This document shows positions 11,527-24,700 of a stretch of DNA of 64,000 nt, piece after piece. The position numbers and the translations under genes are program-made. Numbering within the stretch: position 1 is the stretch's first letter; every line of letters starts with the position of its first letter. The DNA is from Lepidodermella squamata. Its lineage: Eukaryota > Animalia > Gastrotricha. Below the pieces are notes generated by a model that did not search any database, had not been told where the DNA came from, and was given only the letters and a program-made list of their open reading frames with translations. The DNA lies in NCBI GenBank assembly GCA_047495785.1, contig JBLDXI010000054.1, forward strand, positions 3,038,001 through 3,102,000. The letters run 5' to 3'.

Positions 11527-12640
11527 AATATGTTGGTAAATAGTCAATATTAATAAATCTGATCACTCTCGGATCCACTTCTTTCCATCAAACAAATATT
11601 TCTTCTTTTCTCAAACCCTTTCGACCGAAAACTCGGAAAAGCATGGTGAAATATAGCAGGTATCTGGATCAAAGGGGATGTACGGTAAAGTTCCATCAGA
11701 TCAAAGACTTCATCTGTCGGAATGAATATATTGCTGTCGGAAAGTATTGGAAGACGTCCATTCGGAGCACGAGTTTTCGGAAATGCAGACCAAGCGTCGC
11801 AACCGGGTTGTAATGATCAATTCGAGTGCGGAGAATCCAGATATGAACGAAATACGAGTGCTACAGTGTGTCCCATAAGCTGCCCAACCATTTCAATTTG
11901 CAGCTTTCTGTAGGAATTCCAACTAATTTATTAAAATGAAACCTACCGGGAGGATCTTCCATCAGTTATGCAAGATTTAACCGAAGAAATGAAAAATTTA
12001 CCTGAGAAACCCGGAAAACCCGGATGGTAACAGGTTCTGTAATTTTCGGTATTTTACCCGGTTTGACCGAATTTCTCCGCATTTTTTACTCCACTTTCAA
12101 GTGACATACTCTTTTACTATGTTTATTGATTTTTTTAAAGATTTTGCTAACCATAAGATATGACTTAGCAACTCGTTTTAGAGTTTCCGACCCCTTCTTC
12201 GTGTATTTTCGTCGTCTGCGTTACTTATATGGGACACGCTCTGTTACCGCCAGGGTTCAGCTTGGTTCGAGGTGTAAAACTACACCTTCTTGAATAATAC
12301 TCTATAAATTAAAAGCCGTTGCAACGTGTCAAGTTTTCAATTTTTTATTGCTTTTCAATATCTTTGTTCATAAAAAATTTCATTCTCTATCTGCGAGATA
12401 TTCAAATTTTTTGCAACACAACAACATGTGTTCTGCGTCTACCACACATAATCGCGCGAAAGAAAAAAATGACGCGAAATTATTAATATATTTTTTTGTT
12501 GTAGAAAAACGAAAAACAAACAGGTATATCATATATCATCATAAAGCGCAAGAGCAACACATTTCAAGCCCCGGAAAATCGCGAAAAATCCGGGTGAAAA
12601 AAACATCGAATTTTAAAGCAATTTTTTTTCCAATTTTTTT

Positions 12641-15600
12641 TTAGAAATAGCCTGGTCTCGGCGGCAAATTTGAGGAGGCAGTTGAGGGTGAGGACGACTC
12701 CTCGGAGCGTTGCGACGGCGAATACGCCTGTTGTGACAGGTGATTGACGAAAGGCCGCGTCGACAGTTGAGATTCGAGCGCCTCGAGAATTTCCATGTGA
12801 TAACGCACCGAGTACTTGTAGAGCTCGAGGACGGCCGAGCGGCGGCTCAGCTGGCTGGTCGTGCCCGTTGAGATTCGCAGCGCGGCGAAGTCACGCAGCG
12901 CCTCGGCCTGGTCGTAGCACGGCAACTGCTGCGCTGTGCCCATGAAATTTTGAACCATGGCCCGGTAGCGTGAAATTTCACGCGCGAACAACAGCTTATT
13001 CGTCGGCGAGTCCTTGCCGAGCCGGTATTCCGACATTGAACACGAGTCCATAAGTAATTGGCCGAGTACGGACAGCGACGAATCAACCGCCGGCGGTTTT
13101 TCAACGTCGAGTACAAAATCGGGATTTTTGAGTAGATTGACCAAAAATCGAAGCGGTAGGCTGTTGCATTTCCACGTGTAGGCGACTTCGGCCGGGTCGG
13201 CGCCGGCGCTTGGGCCCAGTTTCGCGGCTAGATCGTCGAGTCGCGTGTACAGGTAGCGAATCGCGGCCGGGCAGTTTTCGTCGAAAATTGCCGCGAATAA
13301 ATCGTCGACGTACTTTTGCAGCGTGCCTTTTGTTGTTAACAGCCGCGTTAGGTAGATTTCGGGTATGTTTCTACACGACGTTTGGCTGCTGTCTTTCGGT
13401 GATGTTGGTAGGTTGTGTTGAGATCGGAAGTCGCTGGGTTGCACCAGGTGAACGTAGCGGACGCGCTGCGGCGGGCGTTGGGTGTTCGCAAAGGTGTCTT
13501 GCCGAGATTTGCCGTCCCAGCGATTGGTGGCATTGGCCTTGTTGCCGCCAATCCGCAGCGAGCAGTAGCGGCGGAGTGAGCCGATTGCTGAGTTTGGTTT
13601 CATTGGAGCGGCGAATCGGCAACTGGTCTCATCGCCGGTGGCTTCGCGAGAAAGAGTTAGAGTGCCTGCAATACAAAATAAAATCATGAAAATTTTGTGA
13701 AAAATTATGAAAAAAATCCACCTTAATTAAAATCCCATTTTCGAATTATTCATATTATTTTATTGATTTTTTTAAATATTAAAAAAATCGAATAAAATTG
13801 GAAAAATTGAATTTTGATTCAAGTAATGGTTGATAAATTTAATTTCCAATTTTTCTTATTTTTCGCAAATTTCGGAAAAAATGGCAAATTGAACAATAAA
13901 TTTCGAACTGGAAACGAGCCACGCGATTTTTGGGACACGCTGTAACTTGAAATCGAAATTTTCCATTCAACCTTGGATTCCGAAAGGGTTAGGCCAAGTT
14001 GGGCTAAATTCATTTATTATGGTTCCAAGTGGACACGGCTGGGGATCCAGCATTAAATTTGAAGCTTCAGCGCTAGATTCCCAAAATTATGGGTGTTTGG
14101 AATTTTACGTCTACCTTAAAATCTCAAATTTTTTATTTACGTGCCTAATCAATACATCCCACTATTACTCATATTTTGCGCTGTGAGTGGCCAATATACG
14201 AGTTGTATTTCAGCCACCAGAGCCGATATCGATTCAAAGTATCGATTTTACAAATCAGTGATTTTTCCGATATCAGCAGTCTTCAAAGCCAAAATTGAAA
14301 ATATCCTACACATATAAGGGACTAGTAGATAAACGATCTCCGGGGCATGAGAAGCATAGAAACATGGTTCGATCAAGAAAATAAAATGGAAATACCTATG
14401 TAGCAAAAATTCGGAAAATTTAGTTTTGAGACCTCAAATTTAGCGGCTCAACAAATATTCAAGCCCATTCCAATAAATAAAATATTTCCAATAACCAAAT
14501 ATAAATTAAAAAATCTGAGTTATTCTCACCTAATAGCGCAGCGGCTGACGAAAGGCGAGGACTAGTAGGTGACCGGTGGTTGCTTTCGACGCCCAAGGCC
14601 GACGATGTGGTGGAGGCGTCGCCCGACGAGTGCGTATCCGTCGCGCTAAGCATCGCATGGTGACTAGTCAGCTTATGCACAACAATCAACGTCGCCGCAT
14701 CGCCGATGCCATACGACTCGAGCGTGTTAAGGTGGACAACGAAAAATTCGCCATTCTGCGATTTCAACGCACCCGACTTGCCAAGCGTCCCGGATGTCGA
14801 CAACAGGCCGTTATTTGTATTACTGAAAACAGCCTCGCTCGAATCGGTCTCGGTTAGAATGACGTTCTCCTCTTCTGAAGCGCCCCAGATCAAATCGATA
14901 TCGTCAGCTTTCAGCCCCCAGAAGGGTGAGTTCGACATAGCATGCGTCAATTGATCGATGATTTTCGACTTGGCCTGGCCGATGCTGTCGCAGGATAACA
15001 GCCGGCATTGAATCATATAAGGCTGTCTAACGTGGTCGAAACACACTCGAATGTTGACGGTGATCGCTTTGTAAGCCACGTTTTCCTTTAAAAGTTTCTC
15101 CTCAGATAACGAGTATTTCGCTTCGTAGGTAATAGCGTCTATTGGGCCTTTTTCCAGCTGGTGTTTCAGGGCACGGTATAGCGTGTAAAGAGGTCCGCTC
15201 AGCTTTTCGGACACCCATTGGTAGAGCACAATTGACAGCCAGTTAGATAGCAGCCGTTCGGCGACTGATTCAGTCCTCCTTAACATCAACTTCGGATGCT
15301 TTTTCTCGGCTGATTTCGCTGCGAGCTCGCCAACTAACGATAATGTAATGTCTGAAAAAATGTAAAAAAAAAATATTAAATTAAATTTTAATTAATTAAT
15401 TTTAATGAAGTAATAAAATAATTTCGAAACTTTTGAATTTAAAATCAAAATTTTCAAATTCCGCCGTTATCGCAATTTTTGAAGTAATTAATGTGAATCT
15501 TTCATTTGTCGCCTTTATGAAAATGAGATCTATTCAATTTCAATAGCTTCTTCCCATGTTTTGACCCATAATTAGGCTGATATCCCAATTCGAAATTTAG

Positions 15601-18600
15601 GCTGAAAGCTGATAGATGAATCAATTTAAGAATTAATTCCTATTTTTATTATATTATTATAACTAACCAATTGAAATGCGTCATGTACGAAAATTTGAAA
15701 TAAATTTGAAAAAAATCGAAAAATATGGAGTTGATTCGGGCCGGGATCGAACCGGCGACCTTCTGCGTGTTAGGCAGATGTGATAACCACTACACCACCG
15801 AACCTACTCATACTATACAGTACGGCAGCGGCTTTTTATTTCAGTCAGGGCGCGCAGCTATAATCAATACGCCGCAGTACTAGCAATAATATAAATAAGC
15901 GCATAAACAAAGCGCGCACATTTATAATAGAAAAGCATTAAGGCGGACTTTTCTGAATGAAAAAACACATACCAGTCAGATATTCCGGCCTGTTGACGAA
16001 AGCGAGGCACAGCAGCGAGGCGACATTGACACGATCGCGGACTCCGAACGATTTTTGATCCTCAAGAACTCGGATGAAAATGCCGAGAAATTGCTTGTTA
16101 CTCAGCAGCATGTCAAAATGTTCGAGGCCGCGGTCTAGCGTCTCCTGCTCCTGCGCTAAAACTCGGCACGGATGTTCAGGCATAGACGGGAATAGGAAAT
16201 TAAGCAGATACGCGTCGAAATCGCGAACTGGCGGCGGGCAGGATCCATTCAAAATTTCAGAAAACGCACCGCAAGAACCGCTACCGGTCGTTAAACCAGT
16301 TACAAGGCCCATTTCGGTTTGCAACTCGGCAAACGCGAGTTTGCACTCGGTTCGAACGTTGCTCTCTAATGAGTCGAGTTGAAGGCGGACTTTTTCGTAA
16401 TTACGCCTCGCCTGGCGACTCCTGCGAACGAGCAGGCAGCAAAAAACTGTCGCAGAAACGACGAGAAGTACAACGCCAATCGCACATCCGATAAAGGCCT
16501 CGAGGTTCATGCCGCCGAATGAATTCTCCGAGACGGCCGGCATGAATCGCTGCAATTTGCCGAGGGTGAAATTGACATTTCCTATACTAACCCTGACCGC
16601 GTATTGCTCGAATGGCACCATTTGTTGTTCGTCCAACGAGCAGACGAGTTGTTTGTTCGAAATTGCGGTCACGTTGCAGTAGATCGATTCGCCGATCACC
16701 ACTTCAACATCGCTTTCCGACGCGGCTAAATTGAGGTTATCGCCCTCCATAACCAGCGAATTTCCGATTTGTAACTTCGGCGCCTTCAATTCGGAGTTAT
16801 TTTCAACAAATTTCAGCAGCAATGGATCGGGGTAGTAGTCGAGTTGCGATGCGACTTTCGGGTAGAATCGCTCGAGGCTGCGGACGCTTTTCACGCCGTC
16901 CATTTCGAAGAAGATCTGGCCACTTGCGATTGGTTGGTTATTAGAAATTAGCTGTAAATGCAACAGCTGCCGGTCGTTGGTTGGTAGGGCAGGTGTTCGG
17001 CAAATTAGCATAAAGTCAGAATTAGCCCAGCATGACGACGTTGAAGTTGCGGATGACGCGAATTTCACGCCGATTTTCGGAGATTTTATCGAGTTGAAAT
17101 TTTTCCCATGAATGTAGATCAACCGGCCACCGCTTGAAATCGAATTCAGTGGCGATATATGACTGATTGAGGGATCCTGCGTGTATCTGAAAATAAAATA
17201 GAAAATGTTAATAGAAAAAAATAAAATAAAAACAGAATATATTTTAGCGGAACCAGATTTCAAAATTTCAAAATTTGGAATCAAACGCAAAATATTATAA
17301 AAAAACTGAATTTTACGGTTATTTATTTTAGTTTTTAATTTGTCATGAAATTCTCAAAAATTTTAAATTTTTAATTTGCGAATAAATAAATTAAAAGACA
17401 AAATTGAAAAAATTGACCTAAAATTGCATAATTTAATCAAAACTAATTAATGAAAAATCCTCCTTAACTTTCTAAGAATTCAATTTTTTCTTGATTTTTC
17501 ATCATTTTTTTACCTGAACATTTTGCCGCCATGAATGAAAACTCGGCCATCGAATGCGACCAGAAGTGGCGCTTCAAGGCCCGGCTCGCCAGCTGAAGTC
17601 AAACACCTCAGAACAGTATCATTCGATTCCTCCTTAATAATCACGCAATACCGGCCGTTATTGCCGATATGAACCGTCACGTTGTTGCCAATCAACAAAT
17701 TCTGGCCCGTTATTGCGATCACCGTACCACCAGCGGCTGGGCCTCGACTCGGCTCAAACGAGGCGACACTTGGCCTCACAATTTGAATTGTTTCTTTGGA
17801 TAAAGTTCGCTGATTCGAGTCTGAAAACGCAACCTCAACCGGCCCGGAAATTTCAGCATCATTCGGCGACGCATCTAGGGTGCACACAATTTTTCTCGAC
17901 ACTTCATACAACTCCTGAATAGGGTTGCAAGGTATCGAGGCAACACGAACACCGTAGCGAATTTGCTCGAAACTATAGCCAAGATTTTCGCCGGTTATCG
18001 TAAACGTAGTCAGGCCTTCAGTTGGCGCGAAAAGCGGCGAAACTTGCGTTATCCGAACGTCGGTGCAATGCGAATCAACGGCGAGCGGGCAACGAGCGGA
18101 AAATGTGCACTGATTGCCGCACCACCGGCAGTGGTACTCGGCTAGCCGCGGGTTGGCCTGCAGGCTTAAACACGTGCTACAGTCGTTGGACAACAACTCG
18201 CAGGCAAACATTTGCACGGCTATCCTGTTCGGTTCAATCGCATTTCCAACCGATTTTTGGCCATCGAACGCGATTGACAGCTCACCGGCGATTTCAGCCT
18301 TCGAAATATTGAACTCGTGGACGTCGCAAGTTATCGCGTTTTTCGATGGGATAAAAGCCGCTGGTAGGTGCATGATCTTCTCCTCAAATTTGATAATGCA
18401 TTGCAATTTTGCTGTTGCAATTTCCGAGCCGAATAACTGAAAATTCTCGACGTGAACGCTGAGGTGATGCGCGACAAATGCCGGGACTAGCATGGCGTTT
18501 TTAGGCTGGATTGACGGGCAGTAAGACGGGCCGATCGGGCCGTTGATAGACGGGAACGGGATGATTTCACTGACAACAGTTTTCGCGGCCGGGCAAGCGT

Positions 18601-21600
18601 TTTTGTCAAAATCTTGGCATTTACTGCCGAAATTTGTCGGCGACACGCACCACTGACACGCGTAAGGCGCGCTCGAGCATGACGAGCAATTTTCGAAGGA
18701 CGAACAATTGTAGAAATTAACGCTTGTTTGAAGTAGGACGAAAGGGACTCGGCTCGTGTTTGAACTATCGACGGCTAGTAGCGACAATTTCGAGGTCAAT
18801 GAACCGTGAATTGGTGGTATATTCGTCATTAGGGTGACTTCACCGCTATCATCGGCCTCGTTCTGCGTGAACGGCGACGGGCATCTCACTCCGAAATTTG
18901 TCTCATCGCCTCGAGTTTCGAGGTTCAACGCCTCGAATCGGCAGATGAAGTTGCCGAATGACAGCCGGCGTAGGGTGGCTAGACCGCCGGTGATGTGTAA
19001 CTGCAGTTGCACGCCGCTTTGCCCGACGGGTACGTCAGGGTGGACGACTTTAGCGAGTTCCACGCATCGGTTGCTTTCGTTCGGGTCTTCTCGCCGAGGC
19101 AGCCATTTTCCGCCTGAGCACGTTTTTTCGGTTGAACACGCCGATGATGAGTAACACCAGCCGCAATCGGCGTCGGTAACGCTTTTCAAACAGGTGTTGC
19201 ATGTTAAGGTGGATGCGGATCCGCAGTTCGCGGTTGGCAGTTGGTACAGCCGGCGGTTTGAAGCTCCGGTCAGGAATAGATAATCGTGTGATGAGTGGAA
19301 AAACAGCGAGATTTTGTTCGATTTCGACTCAGGTACCAGGATTTGCTGAGCAATTGTTGTTGCTGAGTTCACAGGAGTGAGTGATGGCAAAATCTAATGG
19401 GAAAAAAGGAAAAAAGTTAATAAAGGAAAAATTTGCCGAGGATGAATGATGAAAGCTGAAAATCTTCGAAATTTCTCCATTTCGACTCATTGTTTAAAAT
19501 TCGAAATTTTATAAGAGCCGCTTTAATTTCCAATATTTGCCGCACTCAATTTTTCACTTGTTAACGATCATTTCCATTTTTTCAATCTTTCAAATTTTTT
19601 AGTTTTTTACCTCGTATTTTTGCAGGTCGCCATTTTGGTATAGGACAAACAGCCGGATAGACTCAAGAGCTGGGCCATTTTTCGGCCTATTATCCGCTGC
19701 AATTGCGCTGATTTCGCGTTCAGTTTCATCGAGTACGGCCTGAGCCGTGAACGGATTCGAGGCTCGCAGGGGCGAGTTGAGTTCCGAACTGTACTTCCCG
19801 CACAGCAGTTCAGCCGCTTCCTTACCGTCCTTGTCGGAAAGCAGCGATGAGGCCAAGCGTTGAGGCTATAATAATAAAACGAAAGAAACAATAAATAATA
19901 GACTTCATTATCATTTATAACGATTTTCTGACTCTGCACCGAGAAAATCGCGACTAATTAACGTAATGGTCATTAGTCAAGCACGCGCCTCCTTATGGTA
20001 TGTAGCCGATATAGATAATATATTATATCGAGTAATCGCGACCAGCCGGGTTCATAATTGAATACCGGGCGTTATTTACGTACCTGCGCGATGCCTATCG
20101 TAATAATTATTGCAATTCCGAAGCGAAGCGCGTGCTGGTGCTGATGAGCATCTCGCTGCACTCGCGCGATTTCGCAGTGATACGGGCGCGTTGAGCGAGC
20201 CTAGTCGCAACACCCGCCCCGACTATGCACCAGTAGGGTCGTGAACTTGGCCCAGTGCTGACGTAAACATGCGATAAAAACTACTCTGCTCTCAACCTGA
20301 GATGTAAACAAGCCGGCTGTTATCAGGCGCTCGTCATCAATCAGATATCTACTCAAGAAAATTTGATGAAAAAAAATTAAAAATATTGTAACGAAAGGTA
20401 ACATTGGAAAAAGCCATGTTTTTGTTAAAAATAATTCTGAAATTACAAAAAACGTTTCTTTGATTTTCCTACGATTTTAGAGAATTTTTCTATTTTTTTC
20501 CTGATTTTTTGCAATTTAAATTTTATGAGCTCATTTGCATATGCACAAATGTTATGATGCTCCTTTGCATATTCACAAATTCATTATTTCGGGGTCAAAT
20601 TTGCAAGAAAATGAAGAACTTGGCTACCCCGCGTTACGGTAATAAAATGAAAAATAAAAATAAAAATAAAAACTCCTCCTTAATTTTTTTAAATTCACTC
20701 ACTTTTGTACAACGATTTGTGTTCGTGAATTTGAACTGATTATCGCCATAGCGCCGTAGGTGTTCCAATCCGAACATTCCAGCCCCATCGAGAACGCATC
20801 GCCTGACCGTAGAATCGAGATGTTCGTTCAAATCGAGCCAATCAATCGCGCAAATCGTCGAAGATTTGCGGTCCTGTTGCGATGACATGGCGACAAAAAG
20901 TTGCGGCCCAGTTGACGATTCGACAAAATCGGCGAAAAATGACGTTATTTCATCGAAGTTCACCGCGCCACGTTTGCATGTGACATCAGTTTCAACGTAA
21001 GACCGAAATTCCGTGTCGTTCTGGCAAACACGGCCGATTGTTGACGTTAGACCAGCGTCGTCATAACGCCGCGAAATCGATAGAAAATACGTGAAACCGT
21101 TCGAAGAAATCGCGCCTAAATACTGCGAATCGCGATTTGAAAACTCAGCACTTCGATAATAGAGACTCATCGAAGGCTTCGTTATCAAAAAAGTCGCCTC
21201 AGACCGGGCTGATCGAATCGATAGCGCTGGTGGTAATAGGGTGTCTGGAGTCGATGTCCGATGAACTCCAGCCGCGACCCATAACGCTTGATATCCGGTT
21301 TTAATCGGCGCTAAAACTCCAACGAGTGAGTTGACGGAACTAGCCGCTGAATTTTCAATCAAACGAGCCGAGTTTAGCTTAGAAAAATCAACGGCACTTG
21401 TCGATGAGCAGTTGATATCACCGTTTTGAATGCGACTACACGCGATTAACTGCTGGTCGTGATTGAGGGCCAACATCGCGAGATCATCGCCATCGGATTT
21501 CGGGCAAAATGCGCCGTCGTTCGAGCACAGCAATCGTTCGCTTGTTGGTTTTAACGTGGTTTCATCGAGCTTAACAAGTCGCCGGCTGGTGAGTACGAAA

Positions 21601-21737
21601 ACCGAGCCGGATTTCGAACTTGTCGCCGATAGCAATCGCTCGTTATCGACCTCAAAAAACCGCCCGCCGAAATCGGTTATCGACGCGGCGACGGCGATAA
21701 CAGCCGAGGTTAATATCAGCGAGTAAATCGGTGGCAT
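12641..21737 (-). CDS. Plexin (semaphorin receptor): Sema, PSI, IPT, TM and split RasGAP/RBD domains, multi-exon
   Basis: Signal peptide MPPIYSLIL; Sema motif RVCQNDTEFRSYVE; PSI repeats (CGWC, CQWC, CRWC); IPT repeats (GPAAGGT); TM helix; AFAELQT, MLRRTESVAE, WKCNSLPLRF and LGKDSPTNKLLFA. Confidence 0.95.
14042..14447. mobile_element. Degenerate MITE-like dispersed repeat in a plexin intron, same family as 54298-54677
   Basis: Shares blocks such as CCAGAGCCGATATCGATTC...TATCGATTT...AAATCAGTGATTTTTCCGATAT and TGAGTGGCCA with the 54 kb copy. Ends are approximate. Confidence 0.65.
15732..15804 (-). tRNA. tRNA-Val(AAC), intronic in plexin
   Basis: Cloverleaf GGTTCGG...TCTGC-CTAACAC-GCAGA...GCCGG-TTCGATC-CCGGC-CCGAATC-A, lying in intron 15352-15972. 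Confidence 0.95.
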
Positions 21738-24700
21738 ATCATCAGCATAATAATTATCGTGATTCAATTAAAATATCAGTTAATTAAATAATAAAACAAT
21801 CTAGAAGATAATGAAAATAATAGCGTATTTATTAAGGTGGATATCTATTATTATTGTACGCGTGCTCTGGTGTCAAATTGCCTCGCGGTTTAATTTGCGT
21901 CTCGCCGGCCAAGTAGTCGTGATGCCTTGATCTATTGTAAATAGAAGTGTCCGGCACCGCGGCACAAATAGTAGTAATACACGCGTACAATAGGCTCTTC
22001 TTTCTTCCCGTTGGTGAGTGTCGTGAAGGTGAAACTGAGACTTGTGCTTTTTCACGAGTGGCCACTTGTCAAAAAAATTATTAAGCCGGCGTGTAAAAAG
22101 AAGCAACCGCCGTGTTGACTCAGGTAGCAGTCGTCGTCATCATCATCGGCGGCGTAGTGGTAGTAAATAAAAAGCAAGTTGGCGCTTAGAGCGCTCACTC
22201 ACTCGCCATATCGTGGGCATCTTCACAGTCGCATTATCATCGCGAGCTCGGTATACTATAGTAATTCTGCGCTTGGTTTCTTTTTAGCGTATGATGTAAA
22301 AATCCCCACTACTCCTACCTCTCGTCGCGTGTCAACAACTGTATATATTATATATACCAACTACCCGCACGCAAAAACACTGTGAAAATGTATCACCCTG
22401 TGCGAACGCCGCACGCGCTATAGCTTCCTTAAAAAATAATTTAGCGACAAATTTTCTGCGGCGCTCTTAACAATATATGCAGCAAGTCGTTTCTCTCACT
22501 CTCACGCAATTTCAATTTTATTAAGGTGGCTGAAAAATACTAGAGTATTAGTAAATTTTGCGTGTGTGCCGAGCTGAGTGGCGAATAAACAAAAAGAGTC
22601 GGTGTTATTTATTGTTGAAACTCTGATGCTCAAGATGAAATAAACCAGATTTTTGCGTGATAACGCGTTTAAGGTGTGGGGCAAGGTGCATCAACGATAG
22701 CGCCTAAAAGCTGCCGCCGATTTATCAACAAAACGTCAAGACGTTTTCAGTGCCCAGGCAGGCGCCGATGTTTACGAGTTTTTCTATTTATGTAAGAGAT
22801 AAGAGCTGCTTTTGTTATCGCAACTCATCAACCTAAATAATGCTGTATAATTGAAAAAATTCCGCAAAAATTCGGCGCGATAACGTAAAGCGCGTTGAAT
22901 CACGCGCGTGAAATTAACTCGCGAAACGTGGTAAACGCTGTTTTCATAGCTATATTAGTTTTTAATGCAGATGGACCGGTTAGTAGTAGTTGGCTGAAGC
23001 GTAAACATAAGCGGATTATGATGGGTTCCGGAGCAGCTAAACGTTGCTGCTGTAACGCTGAGCCGGGCGTTGCGCAACGAGCGCAATAGATAGCCGTCGA
23101 TAAACCGGCGGCGATCATATATTAAGGTGACGCAACTTGCAGATGATGAGCCAGCTGCAATAAAGTGAGTGACATCACTCGAGAAGCACGCGGGTCTTTT
23201 GCGATCAGGCGCCTTGCAGAAGGTTAGTCGAGCGAGGAGGCGCTCGTAAACAAGCGGTGTTTCGCTTTGTAGCCATATCGCCCCTCGTTATATTATTTAC
23301 TAATAAGGCCGGCGGCGTTTGCTTGGTTACCCGAAAAGCGCCAAAGGAGCTATTAAAACAAAGGAATTAAGTAAGCAAACAACCCGAACACAAATTAGCG
23401 CAGCGGCGATTACTCTAAGTGTGAGAGTTGAAAGCTGATCCGATGGGGTATCGATATCATTTTTCAACAACGACGGTTATTTCGAACAAATAGGATAAAC
23501 ATTGGCATGATAGTCTCTCGCTCTCGGGGGCTACTCTACAACTGAATGACAGCGAATAACTAATTCGATTAGGCGAGACGAGTTGCACCGGAGACTGCGC
23601 GATAAATGTCACGAGACGTCGTCGCAGTTATGCGATGCACCGAGACAAAATCGATGCCCAAATCGTGTTAGTCGCGCTACTGTGTTAACGAGTAGTGACC
23701 TCTCGAAAATCGAGTGTCCGGTCGCGTATAACAAATCTGCTTTCCTGATTAGAATAATAACTTTGAAAAACGCAAAAAGCACCTAGTAGAGTAATAGAAG
23801 AGATTTCAAGGCGAAAAACAAGCCGCGGGCAAACACGTGCGATTTTGCGCGCAATCATCGGCGTATAACGCGCCCGTGATGAATAAGTATATAATAAGTA
23901 AAAAAACATATAATCATGAGGCGCTTTGTTTTTGTTATTATTTTTCCAGCGGGATGTGAAGATTCAGAGACGAGTGAGTAAAGAAACAAGCTAAAAACGA
24001 TATAGTTCTAGGTGCTTATTTACTACTGCAGCCGCGATTGATAGGACGTTATTTTTGTACGCTTCTGTTCGCCTGACTGGCCGCACAATCAACCAGTACG
24101 ATAAGGTCTGATATTATAAAATTGTTAAGGTGGAGCGATGATTCGATCATGATCATAATGCACCTTAATAATACCCGCATGTGTTATTTATTATCTACAA
24201 ATAGACGTAAGCGCGTAAAACAACTAGAAAAAGCGCGAGGGGGTGGGGGTGGTGGGGAAATTTATTACAGGTATCACTGGTTCTTCTTGTGAATGATGAT
24301 TATTACGTGGCACTAAGATAACAAATAAGTAATAAATATTTCGCGTGGAAAATCGAACTTCTGACACGTGGATGCAGCGACAACACGACAAAAAGCAACA
24401 ATTTGTGTTGTTTCAGCCCAATGTTGGTGTTATTAAAAGAAAACAGCCTTTTTATTAGACCCGACCCACTTCAGGTCAACGCAATAATAAAACGAGAGGG
24501 GCGGTCTCTCTGTAATATAAAATCGGTCAAAAAGGATAGCATAAAAATAAACGAGCGAAAAAAGATGAAGATGATGTTGCAAAAAATGTAATCCGTGTCG
24601 ATTTACCTAAATATAAACAATGCGGATATGCTAAACAGATGCGATTTTTTGGCGTTCGTTCGTTAAGGTGGATTATTAATGAAATGCACCGGGAAAAATC

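Noticed and set aside
11550-11950. Minus-strand frame with an in-frame TGA (possible selenoprotein)
   Set aside because: No redox motif around the TGA, no evident SECIS, and no consistent gene model.
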